Shown here: piece by piece, positions 33,475 through 43,383 of the stretch | Position numbering within the stretch: the first letter of the stretch is position 1 | How the letters are laid out: every line of letters begins with the position of its first letter | Assembly: GCA_028704885.1 (NCBI GenBank) | Contig: JAQWEN010000001.1 | Coordinates: 350,679-414,678 of the forward strand | DNA length: 64,000 nucleotides | Direction of reading: 5' to 3' | Source of the DNA: Candidatus Shapirobacteria bacterium | GTDB taxonomy: Bacteria; Patescibacteriota; Microgenomatia; UBA12405 | Program-made: the position numbers and the translations under genes | Notes under the pieces: generated by a model | Told to the model about the DNA's origin: nothing | Seen by the model: the letters and a program-made list of their open reading frames with translations, nothing else | Database searches by the model: none

Positions 33475-34797
33475 TTATTTATTTAACTGTTTTTCTAACC
33501 AACTGTCAACTTCGTCAGATTTTATTCTGATTTGTTTCATAGTGTCACGATCGCGAATACTGACAGTGTCGTCTTCGAGAGTTTGATAATCGACAACTAA
33601 ACACCAAGGAGTACCAATTTCATCTTGACGACGATATTTTTTACCAATATTACTACTATCATCCCAATCGATTGAATATTTTGCATTTAAATTCTGAAAA
33701 ATAGCTTCAGCCTTGTCAATTAATTCTGGTTTGTTAGCAGCAAGTGGAAGAATAGCTATTTTATAGGCAGCAACTTGAGGTTTAATTTTAAGAACAGTTC
33801 TAATATCACCTGACTCAGTTTTTTCTTCTTGATAAGCATCGAGAAGCATAAAAAAGAAACTACGGTCAACACCACCAGAAGTTTCAGTAATGTGAGGGAG
33901 ATATTTTTCTTTAGTGACAGGATCAGTGTAAGAAAGATCTTGACCGCTAAATTTGGAATGTTGAGTTAAATCGTAATCAGAACGCCAATGAATACCTTCC
34001 ATTTCTGACCAACCCCAAGGAGCATTATATTCAATATCAAAAGCTTTTTTGGCATAAAAAGCCAATTCATCTTTGTCGTGTTCTCGGAATTTTAAATTTT
34101 CTGGGTGATTAAATAATTTTTGATACCAAGCCATACGAGTGGCTTTCCAATATTCATACCATTTGTCCATTTCTGATGGATGAACAAAATATTGAATATC
34201 CCACTGCTCAAATTCACGAGTGCGATAAAGAAAATTTTTAGGAGTGATTTCATTTCGGAAAGCTTTGCCAATTTGGGCAATACCAAACGGAATTTTGACT
34301 CGGCAAGAATCGACGATATTTTTAAAATCGAGATAGATTGTTTGACAGGCTTCCCCTCTTAAATAAGCATGTTGTTTTTCGCCTTCAATGACACCAATTT
34401 CAGTTTCAAATAAAATATTATATTTTTTACCTTCAGTAAATTGACCACCACATTCAGGACACTTAGATGAATCTTCTAATAAATCTGGACGAAATCTTTT
34501 GTGACAAGATTTGCATTCAACCATAATATCGGCAAAATTTTTGACATGACCAGAAGCCTGCCAAACAGTAGGATGGGTAATAATAGAACCGTCAATACCA
34601 ACGACATCACGACGCTTAATGACATTATCAGTCCACCAAATATTCTTCCAATTTAATTTCATTAAAGATCCGATGGGGCCATAATCATAAAAACCTTGAA
34701 CACCGCCATAGATTTCGGAGTTTTGAAAAATAATTCCGCGTCTTTTACAAAGACTAACGATTTTAGCAACTAATTCGTTTTGATTGTTTTCAGCCAT
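33475..34797 (-). CDS. glyQS: Glycyl-tRNA synthetase (class II, alpha2 dimeric type)
   Basis: LCKRRGIIFQNSEIYGGVQGFYDYGPIG, Zn-ribbon insertion CKSCHKRF...CPECGG, C-terminal anticodon-binding domain. Confidence 0.85.
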   Translation of the reverse strand: MAENNQNELVAKIVSLCKRRGIIFQNSEIYGGVQGFYDYGPIGSLMKLNWKNIWWTDNVIKRRDVVGIDGSIITHPTVWQASGHVKNFADIMVECKSCHKRFRPDLLEDSSKCPECGGQFTEGKKYNILFETEIGVIEGEKQHAYLRGEACQTIYLDFKNIVDSCRVKIPFGIAQIGKAFRNEITPKNFLYRTREFEQWDIQYFVHPSEMDKWYEYWKATRMAWYQKLFNHPENLKFREHDKDELAFYAKKAFDIEYNAPWGWSEMEGIHWRSDYDLTQHSKFSGQDLSYTDPVTKEKYLPHITETSGGVDRSFFFMLLDAYQEEKTESGDIRTVLKIKPQVAAYKIAILPLAANKPELIDKAEAIFQNLNAKYSIDWDDSSNIGKKYRRQDEIGTPWCLVVDYQTLEDDTVSIRDRDTMKQIRIKSDEVDSWLEKQLNK

Positions 34798-34814
34798 GGA
34801 ATATTATAACCGAT

Positions 34815-35375
34815 TTACTTGAAAAGTTTATTGCTTTCGAGAGGTTTTTCAATAATTGATTCAAAAAAGCCTTTAATTAACTGCTGAGTGGTTTTGTAAT
34901 CTTTTTTGGCAAAATATTGATTAATTTCAGTTGGAACACCGAAACCAAGAGTTTCTAAAAAAAGAATTTCACTTTTAATATAGCGATTAAGTTGATTTTG
35001 ATTAATAGCATCAATAATTTCTTGGGAAATTTGATAAATACTTTCTATTTGTTGATTTTCAGCAATTAACCGATTTAAAATTTCTAAAAAATAAAATAAT
35101 AAATTTATTTGAGTTAAATTTTTATCGTGTTGTAAAAAAGGAGTAATAGTTTGGGCTTCTGACAACCAAAGATAATCATTTTTTTGATAAAGTTGGACTT
35201 TTATAGTGTTTCCAAGTTGAAGGCAACTTAAACGACTGCTTTTGATATTTTTGGCACCTTTAGCCAGAGCAACTATTTTTCCATTTCTTGGGGTTAAGAG
35301 AGTTACTAATAAATCTGTCTCTTTGATTGTTTTTTTATTAATTACAATACCAACTGTGTTTTGATATTTCTCCAT
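34815..35375 (-). CDS. recO: DNA repair protein RecO (short form)
   Basis: N-terminal OB fold GIVINKKTIKETDLLVTLLTPRNGKIVALAKGAKNIKSSRLS...LWLSEAQ. Confidence 0.6.
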   Translation of the reverse strand: MEKYQNTVGIVINKKTIKETDLLVTLLTPRNGKIVALAKGAKNIKSSRLSCLQLGNTIKVQLYQKNDYLWLSEAQTITPFLQHDKNLTQINLLFYFLEILNRLIAENQQIESIYQISQEIIDAINQNQLNRYIKSEILFLETLGFGVPTEINQYFAKKDYKTTQQLIKGFFESIIEKPLESNKLFK

Positions 35376-37330
35376 TATAAAGAAAGTTTGATGGTTTTAT
35401 CGGCAACCCATTGGAAGGTGGGTTGTTTTTTACCATTGATGGTTAGCTCGTATTCAATAGCTTTTGTCCCTGGCTGTTTTTGAAGTAATAGGGTATAAGT
35501 TGAACCGATTGCGGCCCCGGAAGTATATTGAACAGAAGTTTTAATGCTCGATTTAGCATTTAGAGCGTATTTATTGCCGTAAAATCCTTCGAAAACTTGT
35601 TTATTCAACTCTTCGTATTGAACTGGTTCAACTTCTGACCCCGTCATTTTAATCAGTTTAGAATTAACAGGGACATAGAATCTAAATAGATCACGATATT
35701 GAGCAGCGTTGAGACACAAATCGCCTTTTTCTAAATTACAATTAGAAGCTGGAGATGGATTTTCGTAAGTTATAGAAACTTTATGTTCGGCTACTCCATT
35801 TTTAATAGTAATATCGTGTTTTATTTTTTGAGTAATAAAAATATTACTTTTGGCACTAGCAAAATTGGCATCGTTTAAATGGAAATAGTCAATATTTTTT
35901 TCAACATCAACTATTTTTCCAGTAACGTTGGCTAAATTTCCAATTGTTTGCATATCAGCATCTGGGAAATAAAACATAACATGTTTTTCGTTGACATTTT
36001 TTAACGAAGCTTCAATTATAGAGGCCATCTTGGTTTTTTCTGAACCCATTATATTTGACAATAAAGATGACATGAGCGGATTCATAAAATCTTTTCGATT
36101 TTTTTCAATGTAATTTCGAGGTCGACCAGCAATCCATTCCAATTCATAAATAATAGAAGGACAGCCATCACAGCGCTTATCGGGTTCAGCGGTAAAAGTT
36201 CCAACTCGAGTATCTAGTTTTCCAAGAATTCTAACCATATCAACCAAAATATTGGTGTCGATGGAAATAACAGCGTCAAACTGATCTTTTTTGCCCATGG
36301 CTTTGTAATATTGATCTAAAAATATTTGAGCATCGGTAGGAAAATCAGGAGAAAGATTGTTATCACGAAGATTAAGATAAGGAACATTTATGTGATAACT
36401 TTTAATTAATCTTGGGGCGGGAATTTTGCTGGCTATTTTGTCGTCAAGATCGTAAATATTACTAGCAATACCAGGAGTAACTTTGCCATTTTTGACAGTC
36501 ATAGTGCTGTAAGCTGTCCAAAAGCCACCGCTTGGTCGAAGTTCGCCATCATTTTGAAAGATCACTAAATATTTACGGGGAGCATCTTTACCTAAAAGCC
36601 AAGATATTTTTCCAATAATTGGTTTACCATCTTTAATAAATTTATAGCTTTCATCTATTGTTTCTCGAGCTTTAACTAAATTTGATTTAACTTGATAACC
36701 TTTAAATTCTTCCGGATAGCGATTTGGATCAATTTCAGCGATAGCGGTTTGAATTAAGGCAATTTTATTTTCTATTTGATCGAGATAAGGAATTAAACCC
36801 TCAACTGATTCAGTTAAAAAAGCAATTCTGTCCTCAGTGGTTTTTTCATTACTGGTAGAAGATCCTTTAGCGCCTAAAAAATCTTTATATGGTTCAATGG
36901 CTTTAACTAAAATTTCACCGGTTTCAATTCCCTCTTTGGCAATTATTAAGGCTTGTTGACCGTCTTTATAATAATTACCGGCGATAGGGAGAATTTTTAC
37001 CCAAGCAAGTTTTTTATAATTAGTGTCAACAGAGGCCGTTTGGACTTTAACTGTACTTAGAGATTCTTTAATTTTGTCTAAATCTTTATCACTGACAGCT
37101 TGTTGAATTACAGGAATTGATTTTTTTATATTCTCAATTTGAGCTAATATTTTTTTGCCAGGGACGAAAATAAAAAAGAAAAACAAAACGGTAATCACCG
37201 AAAAAATAATTAAAATAATCCAAAGAAATTTGGGAACTGATTTCTTGATTTTGATTTTTTTATCTACCATTTCTTTTGGGGCTGGTTGGATAATTTCTAC
37301 AGGAGGTGCGATTGGGTTTAATTGATCCAT
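35375..37330 (-). CDS. Large membrane-anchored extracytoplasmic protein of unknown function
   Basis: 651 aa, single N-terminal TM (FLWIILIIFSVITVLFFFFIFV), otherwise soluble; possibly DUF4012-like but not verifiable from sequence. Confidence 0.35.
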   Translation of the reverse strand: MDQLNPIAPPVEIIQPAPKEMVDKKIKIKKSVPKFLWIILIIFSVITVLFFFFIFVPGKKILAQIENIKKSIPVIQQAVSDKDLDKIKESLSTVKVQTASVDTNYKKLAWVKILPIAGNYYKDGQQALIIAKEGIETGEILVKAIEPYKDFLGAKGSSTSNEKTTEDRIAFLTESVEGLIPYLDQIENKIALIQTAIAEIDPNRYPEEFKGYQVKSNLVKARETIDESYKFIKDGKPIIGKISWLLGKDAPRKYLVIFQNDGELRPSGGFWTAYSTMTVKNGKVTPGIASNIYDLDDKIASKIPAPRLIKSYHINVPYLNLRDNNLSPDFPTDAQIFLDQYYKAMGKKDQFDAVISIDTNILVDMVRILGKLDTRVGTFTAEPDKRCDGCPSIIYELEWIAGRPRNYIEKNRKDFMNPLMSSLLSNIMGSEKTKMASIIEASLKNVNEKHVMFYFPDADMQTIGNLANVTGKIVDVEKNIDYFHLNDANFASAKSNIFITQKIKHDITIKNGVAEHKVSITYENPSPASNCNLEKGDLCLNAAQYRDLFRFYVPVNSKLIKMTGSEVEPVQYEELNKQVFEGFYGNKYALNAKSSIKTSVQYTSGAAIGSTYTLLLQKQPGTKAIEYELTINGKKQPTFQWVADKTIKLSL

Positions 37331-37350
37331 ACTAAGAGTTTAACTTAAAA

Positions 37351-37989
37351 TTACCAACGAGACAACATGGACATTGGGGTTTTGAAGATTATGAGAATTT
37401 CTTCAACAAAGGATTGCTTCTTAATGTATTCAGCATCCATCTTGGCTCGATCTTCAAAAGTAATATCATTTCGGCCTGAAGTTTGCCAAACACCAGTAAT
37501 ACCAGGTTTAGCGGTTCTGATAATTTGAATGTATTTTTTGGTTTTGGGGTATTTTAAGGCCTGTTCTTGAAGTTCTTCTTCTCGATAAGCTCGTGGGCCA
37601 ACTAAACTCATGTCCCCTTTTAAAACGTTAATTAATTGAGGAAATTCGTCGATAGTTAGGGATCTAATTTTTTTACCGATTGGAGTAATACGAGGATCTT
37701 CACACATGGGTAATTTCCAACCGCTTTCTTTATATTTTTTCCATAGTTCGGGATAATTTTCTCGAAGTCTCTTGTCATTATCACCGGTATACATGGAACG
37801 AAATTTATACATCCAAAATTCATGACTGTTTTTGCCAACTCTTTTTTGTTTAAAAAAAATTGGTCCAGTCGATCCCATTTTAATTAAAAGCATAGTAATC
37901 AGCATAATAGGAGAAAACAAAATAAGAAGAACTAATGAACCAACGATGTCGATTGTTCTTTTAAAAGAGGTAAATAATATTTTTTTCAT
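37351..37989 (-). CDS. Undecaprenyl-phosphate sugar phosphotransferase (WbaP/WcaJ-type initiating transferase, short form)
   Basis: FKFRSMYTGDNDKR...DEFPQLINVLKGDMSLVGPRA is the Bac_transf signature. Confidence 0.85.
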   Translation of the reverse strand: MKKILFTSFKRTIDIVGSLVLLILFSPIMLITMLLIKMGSTGPIFFKQKRVGKNSHEFWMYKFRSMYTGDNDKRLRENYPELWKKYKESGWKLPMCEDPRITPIGKKIRSLTIDEFPQLINVLKGDMSLVGPRAYREEELQEQALKYPKTKKYIQIIRTAKPGITGVWQTSGRNDITFEDRAKMDAEYIKKQSFVEEILIIFKTPMSMLSRW

Positions 37990-37991
37990 TT

Positions 37992-39080
37992 TTAACCTAA
38001 AAAGTATGTTTTATATTTTTTGTTTTTCACCATCAAGCTTACTAAATCTCGGACACTAAAGCTAGAGTCTAGGTTACAAACTAAAAGAGCATCGGAAGTA
38101 TCGATGATGGCTAAATTATTTACCCCAACTAGACCAATTAGTTTTTTTCTTTGGCCGGAAATAAGGCATTTTTGAGAATTAATATTCAGAAATTGGGTGT
38201 CGGGATTAATAATGGCCAAATCATCTTTTCTTTTAATTGAACTGGCAAAAATGGTTTCCCACTCACCTATATCACTCCAATCAAAAGTGGCCGGAACCAT
38301 AGTCATTTTTGATGATTTTTCAGAAATTGCTCTATCTATGGATAATTCAGGTGATTGTTTATATATCTGTTCAATTTTTTTAGGGTAATTTAAATTTTTT
38401 TCCAAATCTTTAAAAATGGCAAAATATTCTGGTTGTAATTTTTCAAATTCAGAAAGAATAGTGGAGACAGAAAAAGTATAAATACCGGAATTCCAGTAAG
38501 AATTTTTATCAATTAATTTTTGCGCTTTTACAGGATCTGGTTTTTCAATAAATTTGGCAACATGATAATAATCATCTATTTTTTTGTCAGGGCAAATATA
38601 ACCATAAGAGGAATCGGGTTTAGTTGGTTTAATGCCAATGGTAACAATGGTGTCAGTTAATTGGGCGACTCTTTTGGCTTTGGTTAGAGTTTGCTTAAAT
38701 CTGGCAATATTTTTAATATAGTGATCGGAAGGAAGAGTACTAATGATGGCATTGGGGTCGATTTGTTTAATTCTGGCAACAGAATAGAGAATAGCCATAG
38801 CAGTGTTTTTCTTTTCCGGTTCGATAATTACGTTTTTAGTTAAATTAAAATCTTTAGCGATTTTAATAATTTTGTCAAAATAATTTTGTCCAGAAACTAT
38901 ATAAATATTTTGAGTATCAACAGTTCGTTGAGATCTTTTGATTGTTTGTTCTAAAATTGATTTTTTATCTAAAAGAGGGAGAAACTGCTTGGGATTGTTT
39001 TTTCTAGATAATGGCCAAAGACGTGGTCCAGTGCCGCCGCAGAGAATAAAAATATAGTGTTTTATTGATGATTCTGCCAT
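37992..39080 (-). CDS. manC: Mannose-1-phosphate guanylyltransferase-like sugar nucleotidyltransferase
   Basis: FILCGGTGPRLWPLSRKNNPKQFL. Confidence 0.75.
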   Translation of the reverse strand: MAESSIKHYIFILCGGTGPRLWPLSRKNNPKQFLPLLDKKSILEQTIKRSQRTVDTQNIYIVSGQNYFDKIIKIAKDFNLTKNVIIEPEKKNTAMAILYSVARIKQIDPNAIISTLPSDHYIKNIARFKQTLTKAKRVAQLTDTIVTIGIKPTKPDSSYGYICPDKKIDDYYHVAKFIEKPDPVKAQKLIDKNSYWNSGIYTFSVSTILSEFEKLQPEYFAIFKDLEKNLNYPKKIEQIYKQSPELSIDRAISEKSSKMTMVPATFDWSDIGEWETIFASSIKRKDDLAIINPDTQFLNINSQKCLISGQRKKLIGLVGVNNLAIIDTSDALLVCNLDSSFSVRDLVSLMVKNKKYKTYFLG

Positions 39081-40141
39081 AAGAGATCTATTTCTTTTTT
39101 AAAGTTTAACATAAAGTTTTGGCTGGAAAAGTTTTGAGAATTTTTTCGGCAAATGTCTTTAGAAAAATTTTTGGGATTAAATTTTTTAATAGCTAAAATT
39201 AAACTTTTGACAGTTTGATGGTTGAAAAAAATACCGGTTTTATTATTAATAACTGTTTCAGTTAATCCCCCTTTATTGTAAGCAATAACCGGCTTACCAC
39301 AAGCTTGAGCCTCAATTGGGGTGAGACCAAAATCTTCTAATTGAGGACAGATTAAAGCCTGACAATTTTGATAAAGATTTAAAAGTTTTTTGTCGTCGAT
39401 TTTGCCGATAAATTCGATATTCGAATTTGGTTTAACTATTTTTTTTAGAGTTTTACAATCTCTACCAACTCCGACTATTTTTAGTTTGAAATTAAGTTTT
39501 TGGCAAGCTTTTATAGCAATGTCAATTCTTTTATATTTGACAAGTCGGGAGACGATTAAAAAATATTTTTCTTTTGGTTTAGTTTTTGAAGGAATAAAAA
39601 ATGAAGTGTCTATTCCTGGATAAATTATTTTTGCTTTTCTTTTATAAATATCGGCAATTCTTTTTTGAACGGTTTTTGAATTGCAAAAAAAATAATTTGG
39701 CTTTTGGGCATAAATTTTATCTTTTTGTTTATATTTTGAGATTAAATAAGAAAGGGGCCAAGAGTATTTTTGTTGATAAATGTGGCGATTAACATTATGA
39801 AGATAACAAATAAAAAGGGTTTTTGAGGGGACAGATAGATGATGACCAATGGTTGATGAAGTGGAGATAACTATGTCAAATTTGGAAAAATCAAAATTGC
39901 GAACGGCTGTTGAATAAAGTGGAGTATGGAGAATATTATTTTTTTTAGATGGAGATAATTTATTTAAAAACGACGGAATAATTTTAACTTTTTTTGGAAG
40001 CCAATCGGTTTTTTTGGGATCGTAAATAATCGTAAAAATCGGTGCTTTTGGATAAAGTTTAATTAAATCAAGAAGAACTTTTTCAGCTCCGCCCCATTGA
40101 TTTAACCAGTCGTAAAAAAGGGCGACTTTTGGCTTATTCAT
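39062..40141 (-). CDS. Glycosyltransferase family 4
   Basis: GT-B architecture; E..GLTPIEAQACGKPVIAYNKGGLTETV C-motif. Confidence 0.7.
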   Translation of the reverse strand: MNKPKVALFYDWLNQWGGAEKVLLDLIKLYPKAPIFTIIYDPKKTDWLPKKVKIIPSFLNKLSPSKKNNILHTPLYSTAVRNFDFSKFDIVISTSSTIGHHLSVPSKTLFICYLHNVNRHIYQQKYSWPLSYLISKYKQKDKIYAQKPNYFFCNSKTVQKRIADIYKRKAKIIYPGIDTSFFIPSKTKPKEKYFLIVSRLVKYKRIDIAIKACQKLNFKLKIVGVGRDCKTLKKIVKPNSNIEFIGKIDDKKLLNLYQNCQALICPQLEDFGLTPIEAQACGKPVIAYNKGGLTETVINNKTGIFFNHQTVKSLILAIKKFNPKNFSKDICRKNSQNFSSQNFMLNFKKEIDLLWQNHQ

Positions 40142-41244
40142 AATAAATTTTTATAAACAGCCAGAGTTTGTTTGGCGGTTTTTGTCCAGGAATATTTTTT
40201 GACTTGTTGATTACCTAATTTAATCAATTTTTGACGAAGATCAAGATTGTCTTTGAGTTGGTTAATTTTTTGAACTAGATCTGGAGCACTGTTGGGATCA
40301 AAATATAAAACTGAATTGTTGTAAATTTCTGGTAAGCAACTGGCATTAGAGGAAATAACAGGGCAATTTAGAGCCATAGCTTCTAAACCAGTTAAACTGA
40401 AACCTTCCATCAATGACGGGTGAACCAAAGCTATGGCTTTTTTATAAACATTTTTAAATTCTTTGTCGTCTAAATAACCTAAAAATTCAACTTGGTTTTC
40501 GAGACCCATTTCAACAATTTTTACTTTTAATTTTTCACTAAAAAAACTTCTGGCACAAATAATTTTAAGACTAATATCGGGTAAACTTTTTAGAGCTTCG
40601 AGAATAACTTTAATATTTTTATGGGTATATAAATTGCCGGTATAAATAATGTATTTTTGCGGAGTTTTAATAAAATCATCTTGATTATTAATTAAAAAAG
40701 TCGGGTCGACGGCTTCATGAGTGGTGACGATCTGAGATGGATTTAATTTATATTTTTCAATCAAATATTGGCGCCAAAAATTACTCGGAACAATGATTTG
40801 ATTTCTTTTAACAATAATATTAGTTAAAAACAAATAACCTAAATGTTTGATGGCATATAAATATTGGTTTTTAGTAGTAGTATCTTTGCCAGTAAAAAAA
40901 TGTTTGATTAGATCGTGAATAGTAACGACTGATTTTTTAGAATAAAGAATTGGTTTGTTAAAATGAGTGAAATGAACCAGATCGGCTTTCAAACCATAAA
41001 TAAGGAAAGGTAGAAAAAGTTGTTCAGCTAGGGAATAATGTTTAATATTAGTGGTGACATAATTGAAATTGTCACCTAAATTTTTTTTAATCTCTGCCTC
41101 TAAATTTTTATAAATAATTAAAGTAAATTTATATTTTTTAAAATCCGGAAGAGTAATTAAAGCTTTTAATAAATTTTTGGTGTAGCGACCAATTCCGGTG
41201 TGTTTTGGTCCATAAAGACGAGCATCTATTACTATATGTTTCAT
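40138..41244 (-). CDS. Glycosyltransferase family 4
   Basis: HPSLMEGFSLTGLEAMALNCPVISSNASCLPEI. Confidence 0.8.
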   Translation of the reverse strand: MKHIVIDARLYGPKHTGIGRYTKNLLKALITLPDFKKYKFTLIIYKNLEAEIKKNLGDNFNYVTTNIKHYSLAEQLFLPFLIYGLKADLVHFTHFNKPILYSKKSVVTIHDLIKHFFTGKDTTTKNQYLYAIKHLGYLFLTNIIVKRNQIIVPSNFWRQYLIEKYKLNPSQIVTTHEAVDPTFLINNQDDFIKTPQKYIIYTGNLYTHKNIKVILEALKSLPDISLKIICARSFFSEKLKVKIVEMGLENQVEFLGYLDDKEFKNVYKKAIALVHPSLMEGFSLTGLEAMALNCPVISSNASCLPEIYNNSVLYFDPNSAPDLVQKINQLKDNLDLRQKLIKLGNQQVKKYSWTKTAKQTLAVYKNLL

Positions 41245-42152
41245 AAATATTTAGCTTTAAAAACTCTTTGAATTTCTAACATCTTAATACCAGTCATAAC
41301 TAAAAATCTAACTGGAGCTGAATAACTAGAAAATAAATTTTCTTGATAAAAAATTCTCATAGCATCGGTGCTGGCCTTAGCGACTTTAATTTTTGTTTCT
41401 TGGGAAGCCTTGGAAAGATGTTTACTTTTACTAATTAGTCCAGAAGAAACTCCCTGAAAATGGGTTATTTTACAATTTGGATTAAAATATAAATTAAAAT
41501 TATTTTGTTTTAATTTATAACAAAAATCAAGGTCTTCACCATAGAAAAAATATTTTTCGTTCCACCATTTAATCTTGTCACCGACGGCTTTTTTGACCAT
41601 TAAAAAGGCACCGACACAGGCATCAATTTTATGAGGAATGCTTTTGTCTAAATTACCCATGAAATAACCAGAAAATATTTTTGAATTGGGAAATACTTTT
41701 GATAGGCCGCTGAAATGACATAAGGAATTCCAAGGAGTAGGAAAACCACGATGACATTCTGGCTGCATTTTACCGTTTAAGGCAAGGTCTATTTGACAAG
41801 TGGCGGCGTCGACATTTTTGTTTTGATCAAAAAATTCAATCATGTTTTTGAAAGTATTTTTTTGAACAATAGTGTCGGGGTTTAAAAAAAGAACGAATCT
41901 AGTTTTAGGGTTAATTTCTTTTAAGCCTTGATTATTGCCATGAGCAAAACCTTTATTGTTTTTTAGTTCGAGAAACTTAAAATCTGACGATTTAACAGTT
42001 TTGGCTAATTTAATACTGTCATCAGTAGAACAATTATCAACAATAATTACTTCATATTTGTAATTATCAATGTCGCTTTTAGTAATACTTTCAAGACATT
42101 TTTTTAAATAATCAGCAGAATTATAATTAAGAATAATAATTGATAAATCCAT
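41241..42152 (-). CDS. Glycosyltransferase family 2
   Basis: LSIIILNYNSADYLKKCLESI...VIIVDNCSTDDS. Confidence 0.8.
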   Translation of the reverse strand: MDLSIIILNYNSADYLKKCLESITKSDIDNYKYEVIIVDNCSTDDSIKLAKTVKSSDFKFLELKNNKGFAHGNNQGLKEINPKTRFVLFLNPDTIVQKNTFKNMIEFFDQNKNVDAATCQIDLALNGKMQPECHRGFPTPWNSLCHFSGLSKVFPNSKIFSGYFMGNLDKSIPHKIDACVGAFLMVKKAVGDKIKWWNEKYFFYGEDLDFCYKLKQNNFNLYFNPNCKITHFQGVSSGLISKSKHLSKASQETKIKVAKASTDAMRIFYQENLFSSYSAPVRFLVMTGIKMLEIQRVFKAKYL

Positions 42153-42153
42153 T

Positions 42154-43365
42154 TTATTTTTTGGTAATTTCTTTATAAATTTGATTTAGACCTTTAACAC
42201 TGTTTTGATAGGAATATTTACCACTAATTAATTTATTGGCTTCTTCGCCCATGGTAATTCTTTTTTTATCATTCTTTAAAAGATTAATAGTATTACCAGC
42301 AACATCTTTATAATCACAAATTATTGATTGTTTAAAATTTTCAATTTTAATTCCACCCATTCCTTCGGGAGTGGTAATAATGGGAAGACGACAAGCCATG
42401 GCTTCGAGAAATTTATTACGACTGCCTCCCCCACTACCCATTGGAGCGACTAAAGCCCAACAATATTGATAATAATACATAGGATCGTGTTCTCCGCCAT
42501 CAAAATCAGCTTCTTCAACAATAATATCTTTTGTTCGATAATGAGCGTAATAATCTGGAGCGCTGCGGCCAATAATATAAAATTTACATTCAGGAATTGC
42601 CTTTTTAATAGCCGGCCAAGAATCCTTAATAATCATTTCAACAGATTCACGATTTTGCATCCATTTCATATTGGAAACGCCAAAAAGAATTGAAGGAAAT
42701 TTACTTTTGACGGTTTTTGGTTTGGATTCAAAAAATTTATTATCAACTCCATTTTGAAAAAGTTCGATATCTTTTCGACCAGTGATTTTAGAGATTATTT
42801 TTTGATCTTCCTGGGCAAATGCGACGACAGTGTGAGTATTTTTCCAATAATAAGTTTCCCAATATTTAAGTTTTAAAACATCAAACCAAAGAAATGGGTA
42901 AATTAACTTTTTCCAACTTTTAACTGTTTTTATATAGTGTTCGTAGACGGCAAATTCAATGGTTTGATCAACGAGAACAATAGGAATTTTAGTTTTTGGG
43001 ATATTCGGCATCAAATAAAAACATTCGCAGTGGATTAGGTCATATTTATTATTGTCTAATTCAGTGGCAATGGTTTGTTTTAAATCATTGCTAATATAAT
43101 TGGCAACTAGAAAAGGATAAGTACTAAAACCAGTGTAAAGTATTTTTTTGAGTTCCCAAGTTTTACCACGTTTAACAACAATAACCTTTTTGCAAAATTG
43201 TTTAATTTCTTCTAAACCTTCTTGGTCTCGACTAAAACAAATTAAAGTTATATCGTTTTCGGCGGCTAAATATTTTATGGAATAATAGGAACTATTTTGA
43301 CCACCAGACTGGGCGCGACGAGGAAGGTAGGGAGTGATCATTAAAATTTTGCGTTTTTGAGTCAT
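42154..43365 (-). CDS. Glycosyltransferase, GT-B (GT4-like)
   Basis: N-terminal MITPYLPRRAQSGGQN and C-terminal GSGGGSRNKFLEAMACRLPIITT. Confidence 0.6.
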   Translation of the reverse strand: MTQKRKILMITPYLPRRAQSGGQNSSYYSIKYLAAENDITLICFSRDQEGLEEIKQFCKKVIVVKRGKTWELKKILYTGFSTYPFLVANYISNDLKQTIATELDNNKYDLIHCECFYLMPNIPKTKIPIVLVDQTIEFAVYEHYIKTVKSWKKLIYPFLWFDVLKLKYWETYYWKNTHTVVAFAQEDQKIISKITGRKDIELFQNGVDNKFFESKPKTVKSKFPSILFGVSNMKWMQNRESVEMIIKDSWPAIKKAIPECKFYIIGRSAPDYYAHYRTKDIIVEEADFDGGEHDPMYYYQYCWALVAPMGSGGGSRNKFLEAMACRLPIITTPEGMGGIKIENFKQSIICDYKDVAGNTINLLKNDKKRITMGEEANKLISGKYSYQNSVKGLNQIYKEITKK

Positions 43366-43383
43366 GTTTTTTTAAATTATAAA

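Noticed and set aside
34092-34362. Two 60-64-aa ORFs within glyQS
   Set aside because: Nested or antisense in a well-supported GlyRS gene.
37656-39792. Several 60-77-aa ORFs antisense or nested in the sugar transferase, manC and GT4 genes
   Set aside because: No independent support; the genes they overlap carry family motifs.
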